Shown piece after piece: positions 28,545 through 41,907 of a stretch of DNA of 64,000 nt. The notes beneath the pieces are model-generated. The model was not told where the DNA came from and searched no databases. It was given only the letters and a program-made list of their open reading frames with translations. The stretch covers positions 18,820 to 82,819 of the forward strand of contig CAIMUX010000080.1 in assembly GCA_903844735.1 (NCBI GenBank), read 5' to 3'. The translations under genes were made by a program, and so were the position numbers. This stretch comes from Candidatus Eiseniibacteriota bacterium. GTDB lineage: Bacteria > Eisenbacteria > RBG-16-71-46 > CAIMUX01. Every line of letters begins with the position of its first letter. Positions within the stretch are counted from its first letter, which is position 1.

Positions 28545-31261
28545 CTAGTCGCCGCCCTCGCCGTCGTCTTCGGATTCGTCTTCGAACTCGTCCGCGGATT
28601 CCTCATCCTCGCTCTCGTCGTCCGCCGACTCGTCCCCGTCGTCCCCCTCGGCCTCTTCTTCTCCGAGCTCGGCGTCCTCGATCTCCGGCGGCTCCCCGGC
28701 AGGCCGCTCCTCGTCGCGCTCCGCGCTCGCATCCGCACCACCCGCGACGACACCCGCCGGAGGCGCCTCGCCGGCCTCCGCCGCGGGACCGACGCCCGGC
28801 ACCTCCTGCGGCAGGCGCGTCACGTCCCGGACATAGTCGTCGTCGCCGAGCTGGATCAGCTTGACCCCTTGCGTGGCCCGGCTCAGCACCGACACGGTGT
28901 TGATCTTGAGCCGGATGATGATCCCACCGGAGCTCATCACCATGAGCTCATCGGAGTCGGTAACAACAAGCAGAGCCACGATCGGACCGTTGCGCTCGGA
29001 CGCGCGGATGGTAAGCACCCCTTGCCCGCCCCGGCGGGTCACGCGGTACTCCTCGATCTGGCTGCGCTTGCCGAATCCCCGGTGCGTCACGACCAACAGG
29101 TGTTCCGCCGGGTCCCGCACCGCCACCATGCCGATCGCGGCGTCCTCGGGACCCTGGAGCCGCACGCCACGCACGCCCGCCGCGGAGCGGCCCATGGGGC
29201 GGACGTCGATCTCGGGAAAGCGAATGGCCCGGCCGCGCCGGGTGGCAATGATTACTTCCCAGCCCGGCTCAAGTTGTCGGGCGCCGATCAGCGCGTCTCC
29301 TTCCTTCAGCTCAAGGGCCACAATCCCTTTTCGCCGCGGGTGGCTGAAGCGGGAAAGGCGGATCTTCTTGATCAGTCCCCGCTGCGTGGCCAGCATCAGA
29401 AAGCGGTCCTCGCGGAACTCGCGCACCGGCAGGTAGGCCGTGATCCGCTCTTCCCTCTGCGCCCCAATGAGATTGAGGAGGGATCGCCCCTTCGCTGTCC
29501 GCCCGCCCTCCGGAATCTCGTGGACCTTCAGCCAGTAGGCCCGCCCTCGATCGGTGAACAGCAGCAGGTACGTGTGCGTCGAGGCGACAAAGAGGTGTTC
29601 GACGAAGTCGTCCTCCTTGGTCGTCGCGCCCCGCAGGCCCCGGCCCCCTCGCCCCTGGCTCCGGTACTCATTCACCCGCGTCCGCCGGATGTAGCCAGCG
29701 TGCGTGATGGTGATGATCATCTCCTCCTCAGGGATCAGGTCTTCGATGTCGAACCCCGCCTCCCCCTCAAGGATGCCGATCTCTGTCCGGCGGGCGTCCC
29801 CGAAACGCTCCTTCAGCGCCAGCATGTCGCCGCGGATCAGACCCAGCACGCGGCCTCGGTCGGCGAGAATCTCCCGCAGTTCGGCGATGCGCGCCACGAC
29901 CTGGGCATACTCCTGGTCGATCTTCTTCCGCTCGAGGCCGGTCAGCCGTTGCAGCCGCATCTCGAGAATCGCCTCGGCCTGCTTCTCAGAGAGGCCGAAC
30001 GTCCGCTGCAGTCCCTGCCGCGCCGCCTCCGGGTCGGGGCTGTGGCGGATCAGGGTGATCACGGCATCCAACTCGTCCAGCGCCCGGCGCAGCCCCTCGA
30101 GAATGTGAGCCCGCGCCTCCGCCTGGGCCAGCTCGAAACGACTTCGCCGGACGATCACCTCGAGTCGATGGTCGAGGAACGCCTGCAGCATTCCCCGCAG
30201 GCCGAAGACCACGGGCCGATTGTCCTTCAAGGCCAGGAGGTTTGCCCCGAACGTTGTCTGCATCTGGGTGTGTTTGTATAGTTGGTTCAGGACCACCCGC
30301 GGCTGGGCGTCTCGCCTCAACTCGATGACCACCCGCATGCCGCGCCGATCCGACTCGTCGCGGAGGTCGGAGATGCCGGTGATTTGTCCCGCCTTCACCA
30401 GACCGGCGATCTTCTCGATCATCGCCGCCTTGTTCACCTGATACGGAATCTCGGTGACGATGATGGCGTCCTTGCCGTTCTTTAGGGTATCGATCTCGGC
30501 CCGCGCACGCACAACAATGAGCCCCCGTCCGGTGGAGTAGGCGTCGCGAACTCCCTGCCGCCCGAGGATGATCCCTCCGGTCGGAAAGTCGGGGCCCGGC
30601 AGGAACCGCATCAGCTCCTCTACCGTGGCCTCGGGGGTGTCAATGAGGTGGACGAGGGCGTCAATCGTCTCACCCAGGTTGTGCGGCGGGATATTGGTCG
30701 CCATCCCGACGGCAATGCCTGTGGCTCCATTCACGAGAAGGTTAGGAAAGTTCGCGGGCAGGACAACCGGTTCCTCTCGCGTCTCGTCATAGTTGGGCCG
30801 GAAGTCGACGGTTTCCTTCTCCAGGTCGAGAAGCAACTCCTCCGCCACCGGATTCATGCGCGCCTCTGTGTAGCGCTCGGCCGCGGCGGCGTCGCCGTCC
30901 ACCGAACCGAAGTTACCCTGGCCTTCGATGAGCGGGTAGCGCAGCGAGAAGTCCTGGACCAGTCGCACCATGGTGTCGTAGACCGTGACGGTTCCGTGCG
31001 GGTGGTAATTGCCGGTGACGTCTCCGGTGATCTTGGCCGATTTCCGGTATGGTCGGTCGTGATAGAGAGAGAGATCGTTCATGGCGACGAGGATCCGGCG
31101 CTGCACCGGCTTCAGTCCGTCGCGAACATCGGGCAGCGCCCGGGAAACGATGACGCTCATCGAGTAGTCGATGTACGAAGACTTCATCTCGTCCTCGATG
31201 AGCACCGGGAGGATCCTCCCCGCGGGCCTGTCTGCTCCGGGCTTGTCCATATCCTCACTCA

Positions 31262-31262
<1 letters not shown>
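28545..31262 (-). CDS. gyrA: DNA gyrase subunit A
   Basis: [17 protein letters not shown] catalytic Tyr, QGRGGRG GyrA-box and an acidic tail. Confidence 0.97.
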
Positions 31263-33178
<1,916 letters not shown>

Positions 33179-33517
33179 TCATGGTTCCGGGTTCGGGGTG
33201 AACCGGATGCTGTCGATGGTGCTGCCGGGTGCAACCTCCCTCAGTCGCTCCAGCATCTTCGGTATAAGAAAGGAGAGGTGGTGCTGCAGCACCGCGTTCT
33301 CCACATACACCCAGAGGGTTCTCCCCTGGACCCGCAGCGGCTGCGTGCTCGCGGCCAGCGACTCGCCCACAACCTCGCGCCAGCGGGGAAAGGCGCGGTA
33401 GTTCCTCACCCCGGTCTCAAGGTCTCTGCCGCGCAGTACGGCCTGGAGGATTCCCGAAATGTGGTCCATGCCCGGCACGGGTGCCGACTCAATTCGCCGC
33501 GACCGTCTCGCCGCCAC
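33179..33517 (-). CDS. DUF721/DciA family protein
   Basis: WREVVG...LWVYVEN pattern; canonical position between dnaN and gyrB. Confidence 0.8.
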   Translation of the reverse strand: MAARRSRRIESAPVPGMDHISGILQAVLRGRDLETGVRNYRAFPRWREVVGESLAASTQPLRVQGRTLWVYVENAVLQHHLSFLIPKMLERLREVAPGSTIDSIRFTPNPEP

Positions 33518-34634
33518 GGGCGGGCTCGTCCTGCAGTCGCAGGGGCATGACGAGACAGAGCAGGTCCGGCTTGCCCTCGAGCGGGGTTGGCTCGAAGATG
33601 CTGGCTGCTCCCGACTCCTTGAAAGAGATCCGCACGCGGTCGGTCGTCATGGTTTTGAGCAAATCGAGGAGATAACCCCCGTTGAACCCGGTGCGGAATT
33701 GTGGCCCCTCGTAGTCGGCCGACACCGCCTCACTGGCCTCCCCGACATCATGCGCTTCGGCGGCCAGGCCCAGTCGGCCTGAATCGATGGTGACCTTCAC
33801 CATCCGGGTGGCTGACTCACTGAAAACTGTGACCCTCCGCAGAGCTGCCGCCAGAACCTCGCGGTCAAGATCCGCATGACTGTCGCATCCGCTCGGGATC
33901 GCCTGCTGATAGGGCGGGAACGGGCCATCCAGGAGGCGCGTGTACAGCCTCGTGCTACCCAAGTTGAACAGACAGTATCGCTTGTTCGCGGAAATCGATA
34001 CGGATTCCTGGGCCTCTGACAACAGCCGTTGCAAGACGGCCAGCGTCTTGGTCGGAACCAGAACATCGGCCCATGCCGGGTAGTCTGCGGCGTGAAATGC
34101 CATGGCCAGGCGATGGCCGTTCGTCGCTACGAACCGGAGATCGCCGCCAACCACATGCACAAAGACGGCAGTCTGCTCGGGTCGAGTGTAATCCGTACTT
34201 GCGGCATAGGCCGTCTGGGCGACCAATCGGGCAAGAACCGAACTGGAGACGGCGAAGATCTTCTCTTCATTCAGCTCCGGCAGGGGTGGAAATTCCTGCG
34301 GATCGGGTCCCACAATCCTAAAACGTCCGTTGCCACAATGAATGCTGATACCGCTGGCTGTGGATGAAATCTCGACGACGTCTCCGGGCAATTCCCGCAC
34401 TACCTCGAGAAGTCTCCGAGCGGGTATGGCGGCAATCCCTGGTTGCTCCACCGACGCGTGCAAGGAAGTGACGAGGAAGGCGTCGAGATCCGTCCCGGTG
34501 AACCTGAGCTCGCCGTTTTCGGTCGCTTCCACCAAGATCGAGGTCAGGTGCTGCGCCGCAGTCTTCGTGGGCACAACACCCGCGACCAACTGCAGACTCC
34601 TGTACAGCTCACTCTGAACCAGCGAGAACTTCAT
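33489..34634 (-). CDS. dnaN: DNA polymerase III beta clamp
   Basis: GTDLD, ATNGHRLA, GPFPPY, GFNGGYL and LVMPLR motifs; GGAGG RBS before ATG 34634. Confidence 0.95.
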   Translation of the reverse strand: MKFSLVQSELYRSLQLVAGVVPTKTAAQHLTSILVEATENGELRFTGTDLDAFLVTSLHASVEQPGIAAIPARRLLEVVRELPGDVVEISSTASGISIHCGNGRFRIVGPDPQEFPPLPELNEEKIFAVSSSVLARLVAQTAYAASTDYTRPEQTAVFVHVVGGDLRFVATNGHRLAMAFHAADYPAWADVLVPTKTLAVLQRLLSEAQESVSISANKRYCLFNLGSTRLYTRLLDGPFPPYQQAIPSGCDSHADLDREVLAAALRRVTVFSESATRMVKVTIDSGRLGLAAEAHDVGEASEAVSADYEGPQFRTGFNGGYLLDLLKTMTTDRVRISFKESGAASIFEPTPLEGKPDLLCLVMPLRLQDEPARGGETVAAN

Positions 34635-34920
34635 GACCCCTCCCGGCACCATGCAGGCGCACCCTTCGGCAATCATCACCCGGACCGCAATCCTCACGGC
34701 CCAGGGTCCTGCCCCTGATTTCTTTCTTCCGCAACCCGAAGACACCGTCCCGGAGACACCGGGGATGCGACTGGGAGGACTCTCCGACGCTGGCGCGTCG
34801 GTGGTCCCAGAGAGCACGTTCGGTGCTCGCCTAGAATAGGAAAGACCCTCTCCGAAGTAAAGTCGAAAGGCGGGGCAGGAGGTCGAGTGGATCGGCGTGG
34901 GATCCAGCGACTAGACGCGC

Positions 34921-35136
34921 TAGAAGATTCTTCTACCAGAGATAGATAGCAAGAGAGTCGTAGTAGTAGGTGTGTGGATAGCGTTGACACTGTTGGGAGC
35001 GTTCGCGAGGGTGGGGGGGCGTAGGGAGTTGGGTCTCTCCCGCCGTGGTGAAGATTCGGGGAGGGTCGGAGCGGATATCCACAATCCGGGCGTCGTCCTC
35101 GGCCTCCACATCGCAACCCCAGGAGGATGTGGAGAG
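34921..35136. other. oriC unwinding region: A/T-richer tract, DnaA-trios and DnaA boxes
   Basis: TAG-TAG-TAG (34961-34969), then GTG and box TGTGGATAG (34973-34981); further box ATATCCACA (35075-35083). Confidence 0.75.
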
Positions 35137-35174
35137 GTGGCCAGGAACGATCCAAGCAACAGGATGGTCGAGGA

Positions 35175-36557
35175 CTACCTATTTTGTTCGAGGTTCGTTG
35201 TGAGATCCTTTCGGATCCGGTCGAGAGTGGAGGCAAAGGCGGGATCACGGGAGGCCTTCTCGGCAATCCGGGCGCAAGCATACAGCACCGTGCTGTGGTC
35301 CCTGTTGCCAAAGCGACGGCCGATCTCGACGAGCGTGAGGGGGGTCGCTTGTTTGGTCAGGTACATGGCAACCTGGCGCGCGAGGGCGACCGAACTTGTG
35401 CGGCGCCTCCCGCGGAGCGACTCTGGCTGCAACTCGAAATGAACAGCCACAACCTTTTGTATATCAGCGACATCCGGGATTCGCTGCTGTTGCCCCCGGA
35501 TGTAGTCGCCCAGCACTTCCCGGGCCAGGTCGACGGTGATGTCACTCCCCGTCAAGGAGCCAAGAGCAGAGAGCCTGACGAGCGAACCCTCCAACTCCCT
35601 AATGTTGGAGCGGATGTTCTCGGCGATGAAAAAAAACACCGCGTCGGGAATAGCCACCTGCGAACGCTCCGCCTTTCGGCGCAGAATAGCGACCCGCGTT
35701 TCCAGATCGGGGGGTTGGATATCCGTGACCAACCCCCAGTTGAACCGGGAGATCAAGCGCTCCTCCAAGTCCGGGATGTCTTTGGGAGCCCGGTCGCTGG
35801 TGACAACGACCTGCTTATTAGCGTCGTAGAGGCTGTTGAAAGTATGGAAGAACTCCTCTTGGGTGGATTCCTTCCCAGACATGAACTGAATGTCGTCGAT
35901 AAGCAGCAGGTCCAGATTCCGATATCGTTCCCGGAATTCCAGGGTATGGCCGCGCTGGATCGATTCGATCATCTCGTTCATGAACTTCTCTGACGAGACA
36001 TAGAAGACCTTCGCCGCCGCGTTGCGCTGTCTCACCTCGAAGCCAATTGCTTGCATGATATGAGTCTTGCCCAGGCCGACCCCACCGTGGATGAAGAGCG
36101 GGTTGTAAACCCGGGCTGGATCCTGGGCGACCGCGCGGCATGCGGCCGCGGTGAACTCATTTCCGCGCCCGACGACGAAGGTGTCGAACGTGAACTGGGA
36201 TTTGAGGTTCGTGGATGTTAAAACCGGCCCGGCGCGAGCGGACTCAGGAGCCGGCAGGTACTCCTCGCCGCGGACATTGGCACGGGAGAACTTGGAGTCG
36301 TAGCCATCAGCCACCGAAAATCGAATCTCTGGCGCCCGGCCAAAGTGAGCGGAGACCGCCGCCCTCAGTGTTGGGAGGTTATGCTCCTCGAACCAGTCCA
36401 CGAAGAACGGATTAGGGACCTCCAGCACGATTTTCTCCGCAGTGACCTCCAGGGGCAAGATCGGACGAAACCACGTGGCGTACTTCTGCTCAGAAACGGT
36501 ATTCCGCAGAACATCGAGGATCCGGGCCCATGCCTCAGCGGCCGCCGACTCATGCAA
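35175..36557 (-). CDS. dnaA: Chromosomal replication initiator
   Basis: YNPLFIHGGVGLGKTH, LLIDDIQF, QEEFFHTFN and RDHSTV motifs; TTG start. Confidence 0.97.
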   Translation of the reverse strand: MHESAAAEAWARILDVLRNTVSEQKYATWFRPILPLEVTAEKIVLEVPNPFFVDWFEEHNLPTLRAAVSAHFGRAPEIRFSVADGYDSKFSRANVRGEEYLPAPESARAGPVLTSTNLKSQFTFDTFVVGRGNEFTAAACRAVAQDPARVYNPLFIHGGVGLGKTHIMQAIGFEVRQRNAAAKVFYVSSEKFMNEMIESIQRGHTLEFRERYRNLDLLLIDDIQFMSGKESTQEEFFHTFNSLYDANKQVVVTSDRAPKDIPDLEERLISRFNWGLVTDIQPPDLETRVAILRRKAERSQVAIPDAVFFFIAENIRSNIRELEGSLVRLSALGSLTGSDITVDLAREVLGDYIRGQQQRIPDVADIQKVVAVHFELQPESLRGRRRTSSVALARQVAMYLTKQATPLTLVEIGRRFGNRDHSTVLYACARIAEKASRDPAFASTLDRIRKDLTTNLEQNR

Positions 36558-36591
36558 AGCTCAAGCCCCTTCAACGCGAGTGCGCATAAAC

Positions 36592-36862
36592 TTATTCACA
36601 AAACTGTCCACACAGGCCCCATCGCGGGGAATTGGCCCTTGGGGCTTTCGGATGCCACGGAGGCGGGGAGAAGTTTGAGCTCCGGGACCTCCGTCCACCA
36701 AGCAGGGCGAACACAAGCACATGCAGTGCATTCGGTTGCGACAACACCGATGAGGTTCTCCACAGGAAGGCCCAACATTTCCCCGGAAAATCGGGAGACC
36801 GCCGCGGTTGATGCGGTCCCTTGCATCCTCAGCGCGGGGCCAAGCGGCGCAAGTTATTCACA
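36592..36862. promoter_or_regulatory. DnaA boxes upstream of dnaA
   Basis: TTATTCACA (36592 and 36854), CTGTCCACA (36604) and TTCTCCACA (36756). Confidence 0.75.
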
Positions 36863-37128
36863 GCCAACCGCGAGATCCGAAAACGGTGCGGATCCTAGCA
36901 TGAACCCCCGACGCAGACAATGGGATTCTGCCGCCCGGCGAAGTTTCCTTAACTCGCTGTGGGACAAGAGGATTCGGTGGCTTGTGCCTTTGGGGAAGAG
37001 GAGAGGCAAGATCGCTGGGGTTTGGGCGGCATCCGGTGGGATTTCCAGGGTTCGGGCGCGGTACCCGGAGCACCGAGGGTGACGCCCACCACACAGGGCA
37101 TCGTGGGAGGGGCGCCGGAATTGTGCTG

Positions 37129-37157
37129 TTGACCCCGCCGGGAGCATCCGCTAGCTT
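37129..37157 (+). promoter_or_regulatory. Putative sigma70 promoter of the rpmH operon
   Basis: TTGACC-17 bp-TAGCTT. Confidence 0.5.
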
Positions 37158-37228
37158 CATCAAGTATCCGAAGGTCGGGCTGAGCTGGCAGCCGCCGACT
37201 TGGCCAAGGAATGGAGACGAGGAGATCC

Positions 37229-37366
37229 ATGAAGAGGACATTTCAGCCGCACAACCGCCGCAAACTCAAGGTCCACGGCTTCCGCAAACGCATGAGCACC
37301 GCCAATGGACGCAAGGTCCTGAAGAACCGCCGGGCCAAGGGGCGGAAGCGGCTCGTGGTTTCGTGA
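37229..37366 (+). CDS. rpmH: 50S ribosomal protein L34 (absent from the ORF track)
   Basis: Hand translation gives [45 protein letters not shown]; GAGGAG RBS. Confidence 0.97.
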   Translation: MKRTFQPHNRRKLKVHGFRKRMSTANGRKVLKNRRAKGRKRLVVS

Positions 37367-37377
37367 CGTGAACCGGG

Positions 37378-37758
37378 GTGAGCCCCAGCGAAGTCCTCAT
37401 CAGGAAAGCCGATTTCCAGAGGATCCACAGTGAAGGTCGGGCGCTGCGGGGGCCGGACGTGGTGGTCGTGTACACCAGGACCGACCGGCCGGTGTATAGG
37501 TATGCTGTCGTGGCGAGCCGCAAGGTCGGGTCGGCAGTGCGCAGAAACCGGGCTAAGCGGGTTCTGCGGGAAGCCCAGCGGCAACTGTTTGGCGGGGCGG
37601 ATCTCGCCGGGATCGATATCCTGCTGATCGCAAAAAGCGGGGCGGTTGCCCAAACCAGCCGAGCCCTGCGGGATCAAGTCGAGTCCCTTCTGCTTCGCGA
37701 TGGAGTTCTCTCCGGGGGATCGCCGACCCGGCCGGGGGAGAGTCGAGATTTTTCCTGA
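37378..37758 (+). CDS. rnpA: Ribonuclease P protein component
   Basis: [19 protein letters not shown] (RNR motif). Confidence 0.93.
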   Translation: MSPSEVLIRKADFQRIHSEGRALRGPDVVVVYTRTDRPVYRYAVVASRKVGSAVRRNRAKRVLREAQRQLFGGADLAGIDILLIAKSGAVAQTSRALRDQVESLLLRDGVLSGGSPTRPGESRDFS

Positions 37759-37777
37759 ACAGTACCGCACGGGCGCG

Positions 37778-38083
37778 ATGGGACCGACGAGCGTGTTCTT
37801 GACCGCCACCATCGCTCTGTACAGGCGGTTCGTGTCGCCTGTCTTGCCGCCGACGTGCCGTTTCACACCGACATGCTCAGCCTTTGCGCTCGAGGCGATC
37901 CGTGAGCACGGAGCGTGGCGGGGTTCCGGCCTGGCGATCCGCCGGATCCTGCGTTGCCACCCGTGGCATCTCGGCGGAAAGGATCCTGTGCCGCCGCGGG
38001 AAAGAAGGGTAGGGGAAAGGCCTGATGGACCGAAGGACGATCATCGCGTTTGCCATGATGGCAGGCGCGCTGCTGCTGTATAG
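37778..38083 (+). CDS. yidD: Membrane protein insertion efficiency factor
   Basis: CRFTPTCS...RILRCHPW...DPVP. Confidence 0.92.
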   Translation: MGPTSVFLTATIALYRRFVSPVLPPTCRFTPTCSAFALEAIREHGAWRGSGLAIRRILRCHPWHLGGKDPVPPRERRVGERPDGPKDDHRVCHDGRRAAAV

Positions 38084-39728
38084 TTCCCTGTTCCCGAGCA
38101 AACAGCAGGCGCCGCCGGCGCGCCCTGCCCCGATCGTCAGCGAGACGGGCACGGCGCCCGCGGTGCCGCGAGTGGGCGCGGCTTCCCGAGCAGCCGCGAC
38201 GGGGGCCCAGGGACAGCCCGACGGGCGAGTCTTCGGGACGGCCCGCGCGGGCCCGGACTCCCAGTCCCGGGTCTTTGATCTTCCGGACTATCGCGCGGTC
38301 ATCGACCCTGTCGGTGGACGCATCACCTCCTGGGTTCTAAAGAGATTCACCGATGCGGCGGAACAGCCCGCCGACATCGTTCCATCGGCAGGCCCCGGCC
38401 TCTTGGAGGTGGACATCCTGACCGGGGGAGAGGATCTGGACCTATCGAGAACCGCCTTCGACGTGGCCCCACGCGCGGAGGGGGCACCCCGGGGCCTGAC
38501 CCTTACGTCCCGGGACACCACCGGCGCCACCGTTCGTCTGGACTACGAGTTTCCGGGCAGTGGGAGCTACTCGACGCGCCTGCGCGTTTTCGTGAGTGGA
38601 GCGGCCGGCGACAACCGGGCCTCCTTTCTGCGCCTTGCATTTCCTCAGGGGGTAGCCCATCTCGAGAGGGATCCCAAGCTCGACCGGCTGGCCGCGGCCG
38701 GAGTGGCCCTGATCGGAACCCGCACGGTCAAGCACGCCTTTGGGGGCAAGCAGGGCTTCGGGTTCGGATCTGGCGGGGGAGACAAAGGCTGGAGTGAGGA
38801 TGCCGAGGGGGTCGTCCACTGGGCAGGGGTCCGGTCGAAGTACTTCCTGGCGGCGATCATGCCCCGGAATGCGGAATCGGGACAGCCGGGCGTGGATGCC
38901 CATGTGGGGATTCGCCGCGGGGCCGGCGAGAACCACATCCGGACCGAAGTTCTCCTTCCTCTCAACCTGAGCGGCCCGACCGAATATGTGGTCGATCTTT
39001 ACGCGGGCCCCATGGACTACGCCGAGCTTGCGCGGTTCAAGGTCGGTCTCGAAAAGGCCCGGGATCTCGGTTGGCGCTGGGTCGTCCCGGTCAGCAAGCT
39101 CCTCATCAAGTTCTTCCAGATGGTACACAGCGTGGTGCCCAACTACGGGCTCTGCATCATTATCCTCTCGATTCTCGTCAAGGTTGTCTTCTACCCCCTT
39201 TCCCGGAAGAGCGTGGAGAGCATGCGGGACATGCAGCGGCTCAAGCCCGAGATGGAGCGGCTCAACGAGAAGTTCAAGGACGATCCCCAGAAGAAGAACC
39301 AGGCAACCCTTGAGCTCTACAAGAAACACAAGGTGAACCCACTGGGGGGGTGTCTGCCCATTGTCGTGCAGATGCCGGTCTTTATCGCCCTGTACAACGT
39401 GCTCAGCTCGGCGGTCGAACTGCGCAAGGCGCCGTTCGGCCTGTGGATCGGAGACCTTTCCGCACCGGACAGGGTCGGGGCCGTTGCCGGTCTTCCCATC
39501 CACATCATGCCCCTGATCATGGCCGGGACCATGGTCTGGCAGCAGAAGCTGACCCCCACCGACCCGCGACAGGCCGCCATGGCCTACATCATGCCGGTCG
39601 TCATGACCGTGTTTTTCTACGCCATGCCGTCAGGGCTGGTCCTCTACTGGACCGTGACGAACCTCATGGCGATCGGCCAACAGATCTGGATCAACCGAAG
39701 CGTGGTGCAACCCACGGTCGCCGCCTGA
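38025..39728 (+). CDS. yidC: Membrane protein insertase
   Basis: [26 protein letters not shown] and GLVLYW motifs. Confidence 0.96.
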   Translation: MDRRTIIAFAMMAGALLLYSSLFPSKQQAPPARPAPIVSETGTAPAVPRVGAASRAAATGAQGQPDGRVFGTARAGPDSQSRVFDLPDYRAVIDPVGGRITSWVLKRFTDAAEQPADIVPSAGPGLLEVDILTGGEDLDLSRTAFDVAPRAEGAPRGLTLTSRDTTGATVRLDYEFPGSGSYSTRLRVFVSGAAGDNRASFLRLAFPQGVAHLERDPKLDRLAAAGVALIGTRTVKHAFGGKQGFGFGSGGGDKGWSEDAEGVVHWAGVRSKYFLAAIMPRNAESGQPGVDAHVGIRRGAGENHIRTEVLLPLNLSGPTEYVVDLYAGPMDYAELARFKVGLEKARDLGWRWVVPVSKLLIKFFQMVHSVVPNYGLCIIILSILVKVVFYPLSRKSVESMRDMQRLKPEMERLNEKFKDDPQKKNQATLELYKKHKVNPLGGCLPIVVQMPVFIALYNVLSSAVELRKAPFGLWIGDLSAPDRVGAVAGLPIHIMPLIMAGTMVWQQKLTPTDPRQAAMAYIMPVVMTVFFYAMPSGLVLYWTVTNLMAIGQQIWINRSVVQPTVAA

Positions 39729-39751
39729 AGCGCGGCACGGAGACAAGAAGG

Positions 39752-41176
39752 ATGAACAGAGAGAGATTTCGCCGGGCCACAGGCCCACTGTCAGTCGAGA
39801 TCGCAGGAAAGACCGTTGACGAAGCCATTCAGGCGGCACTTGGTCGCCTGCGCGCCCGCCGGGACGAGGTGGAGGTCGAGGTCTTACAGGAAGGCCGCGG
39901 TGGCCTCTTCGGCATAGGCTCTCGCGAGGCGCGAGTCCGGGTGAGGCGGCATGACAAGTCCGAACCAAGGGCGGATGGAAGAACCGAGCGCCGGCCACCG
40001 ATCTCGACCGGAGAATCCCCCGCCCGTCGGGGCGCGCCAAGCGGTCGTCGCGCGAGCGAAGACATCGACAGGCTCGAACGCGAGGTCGAAAAGCACCGCA
40101 CAGCACGCGGGGCTGCTCCTCGGGAGACCCGGGCCACACCGGCGGCGTCCGAGGCCCGCGCACCCGCCCAGAGTAGTGCTCCCCGGCGCCGCGAACCGGC
40201 GGCCGGCCCGCCGGATGTCCGGCTGCCTGCGCCCCGCGGAGATTCGGGAGGCCCCCGTCGGCGGAGCGGAGGCGGCGGTCGACCACCGGCCGGGGGGCGA
40301 TCCGAAGAGCGGCCGATCCCGTTGCCACGAGCGGCTGTGACGCGCTCGACCCCGCCGATGGTCGAGCCCTCGGTGCAGCCATCCTCCCCGACAACCGTGG
40401 AGCCGGCGATCCTGGCCGACTTCACGCTGGGCGTCTTGACGCGCATGGGCTACGCAGCCCGGGTGGAGGCCTCGTACGCGGATGATGCCTACGAGGTGAG
40501 GATCGACGCGGGCGAGCACAATGACATCCTCATCGGGAAGAAGGGCGAGACCATCGATGCCCTGCAGCATGTCTTGGCCAAGATGGCCAGCCGAGGCCTG
40601 GAAGAGCTTCTCCGCGTACGCGTCGACATCGCCGAGTACCGGCAGAAGCGGAGCTCTGAGCTGTCAGAGCGGGCGCTCGAAATGGCGCAGCAGGTCGTGG
40701 AGAACGGCCGTGAGATCATCACCGAGCCTCTGTCTGCGGCGGAGCGCCGGTCGATTCACCGGGCGCTTTCGGATCATCCCGAAGTCACAACCCAGAGTCT
40801 CGGTGACGGCCAGGTCAAGCCCGTCTGGATCGGCCTGAAGAGCTCGATGCCGGCCAAGCCGGAGGTCGCCCCCATCGTTGTGCATCGCGGCGGATCGTCC
40901 CGCCCGGCCCCATCTCGGGGGTATCCAGACGACGGCGCCCGGGAGGGCCGGATCGAACCGGCAGCTCCATCCACGCCGGGGCCCACCACGGTGCGTGCGC
41001 CCGCCGCGACGCCTGCTGCTACGCCCGCAGCGCCCGCGGCCCCCAGCGCCCCGGCCCCGCGGCCGCTCCCTGCTCCCAGGGAGGACTCTTCCGGAAACAA
41101 AGACAAGCCCGCGGTCATTGAGCAGGCGCCCGAGTGGGGCCGACGGCCGAAGCCTGCAAAGGGGCGTCGGAAGTGA
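39752..41176 (+). CDS. jag: Jag/KhpB RNA-binding protein (Jag_N, KH, R3H) with long disordered linkers
   Basis: GKTVDEAI...GLFGIG, LIGKKGETIDALQ and ERRSIH motifs. Confidence 0.9.
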   Translation: MNRERFRRATGPLSVEIAGKTVDEAIQAALGRLRARRDEVEVEVLQEGRGGLFGIGSREARVRVRRHDKSEPRADGRTERRPPISTGESPARRGAPSGRRASEDIDRLEREVEKHRTARGAAPRETRATPAASEARAPAQSSAPRRREPAAGPPDVRLPAPRGDSGGPRRRSGGGGRPPAGGRSEERPIPLPRAAVTRSTPPMVEPSVQPSSPTTVEPAILADFTLGVLTRMGYAARVEASYADDAYEVRIDAGEHNDILIGKKGETIDALQHVLAKMASRGLEELLRVRVDIAEYRQKRSSELSERALEMAQQVVENGREIITEPLSAAERRSIHRALSDHPEVTTQSLGDGQVKPVWIGLKSSMPAKPEVAPIVVHRGGSSRPAPSRGYPDDGAREGRIEPAAPSTPGPTTVRAPAATPAATPAAPAAPSAPAPRPLPAPREDSSGNKDKPAVIEQAPEWGRRPKPAKGRRK

Positions 41177-41907
41177 GACAAAGGCGCCGGCGTCGGGGCA
41201 ACACCCCGACACGGCGGCAATTACCGGAGGAGCCACGCCGGGGGCGGGATTTCGAGCCGGACTTGGCGTGGCTTCTCGCGGTCATTGAGCCCTATTCCAT
41301 TCCCATGGAAGCCCGGGCCCCGGCCCGGCTCCGGGTCTTTGCGCAGGAACTGCTCGCCCGCAGCGATCGTCTCAACCTTCTCTCTCACGCGGATGCACCC
41401 CAAGTGATCCGCAAGCATGTGGCCGCATCGTTGGGCGTGTTCCTGGTTGCACACCCCACCGAGGGCGAGGAATGGATCGACGTTGGAACCGGCGCTGGCT
41501 TCCCGGGGCTAGTGCTAAAGATCGCCGAGCCGGGCTTGCGTATCACGCTGCTCGATTCCGCCCGCAAGCGCTGTCTGTTTCTGGAGAGCGTGGTGCGCAG
41601 CCTGGACTTGGGGCGTGTTCCGGTGATGCCACTACGGGTCGAGAACTTGGTGGCTCGAGGCGAAGACCTGGGGCGGTTTGCGGTCCTCACCGCACGCGCT
41701 GTGACATCGCTCGTGGAGACAGTGCGGGGCTTTGGCCCGCTCGTCATGCCCGGGGGGCGGATCGTGACATTCAAAGGACCAGGGTGGCCCGACGAGATCA
41801 AGGCGCTCGAGGCGGCGGGATTGATGGGGCGGGGTGGCGCCTCGCTCGACTCGGTGACCCGAATCCCATGGGTCGCCGGCCACATCGTGACCCTGCGGAA
41901 GTCGTAA
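41173..41907 (+). CDS. rsmG: 16S rRNA m7G527 methyltransferase
   Basis: DVGTGAGFPG, TARAV and FKG motifs; GTGA overlap with the jag stop. Confidence 0.92.
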   Translation: MRQRRRRRGNTPTRRQLPEEPRRGRDFEPDLAWLLAVIEPYSIPMEARAPARLRVFAQELLARSDRLNLLSHADAPQVIRKHVAASLGVFLVAHPTEGEEWIDVGTGAGFPGLVLKIAEPGLRITLLDSARKRCLFLESVVRSLDLGRVPVMPLRVENLVARGEDLGRFAVLTARAVTSLVETVRGFGPLVMPGGRIVTFKGPGWPDEIKALEAAGLMGRGGASLDSVTRIPWVAGHIVTLRKS

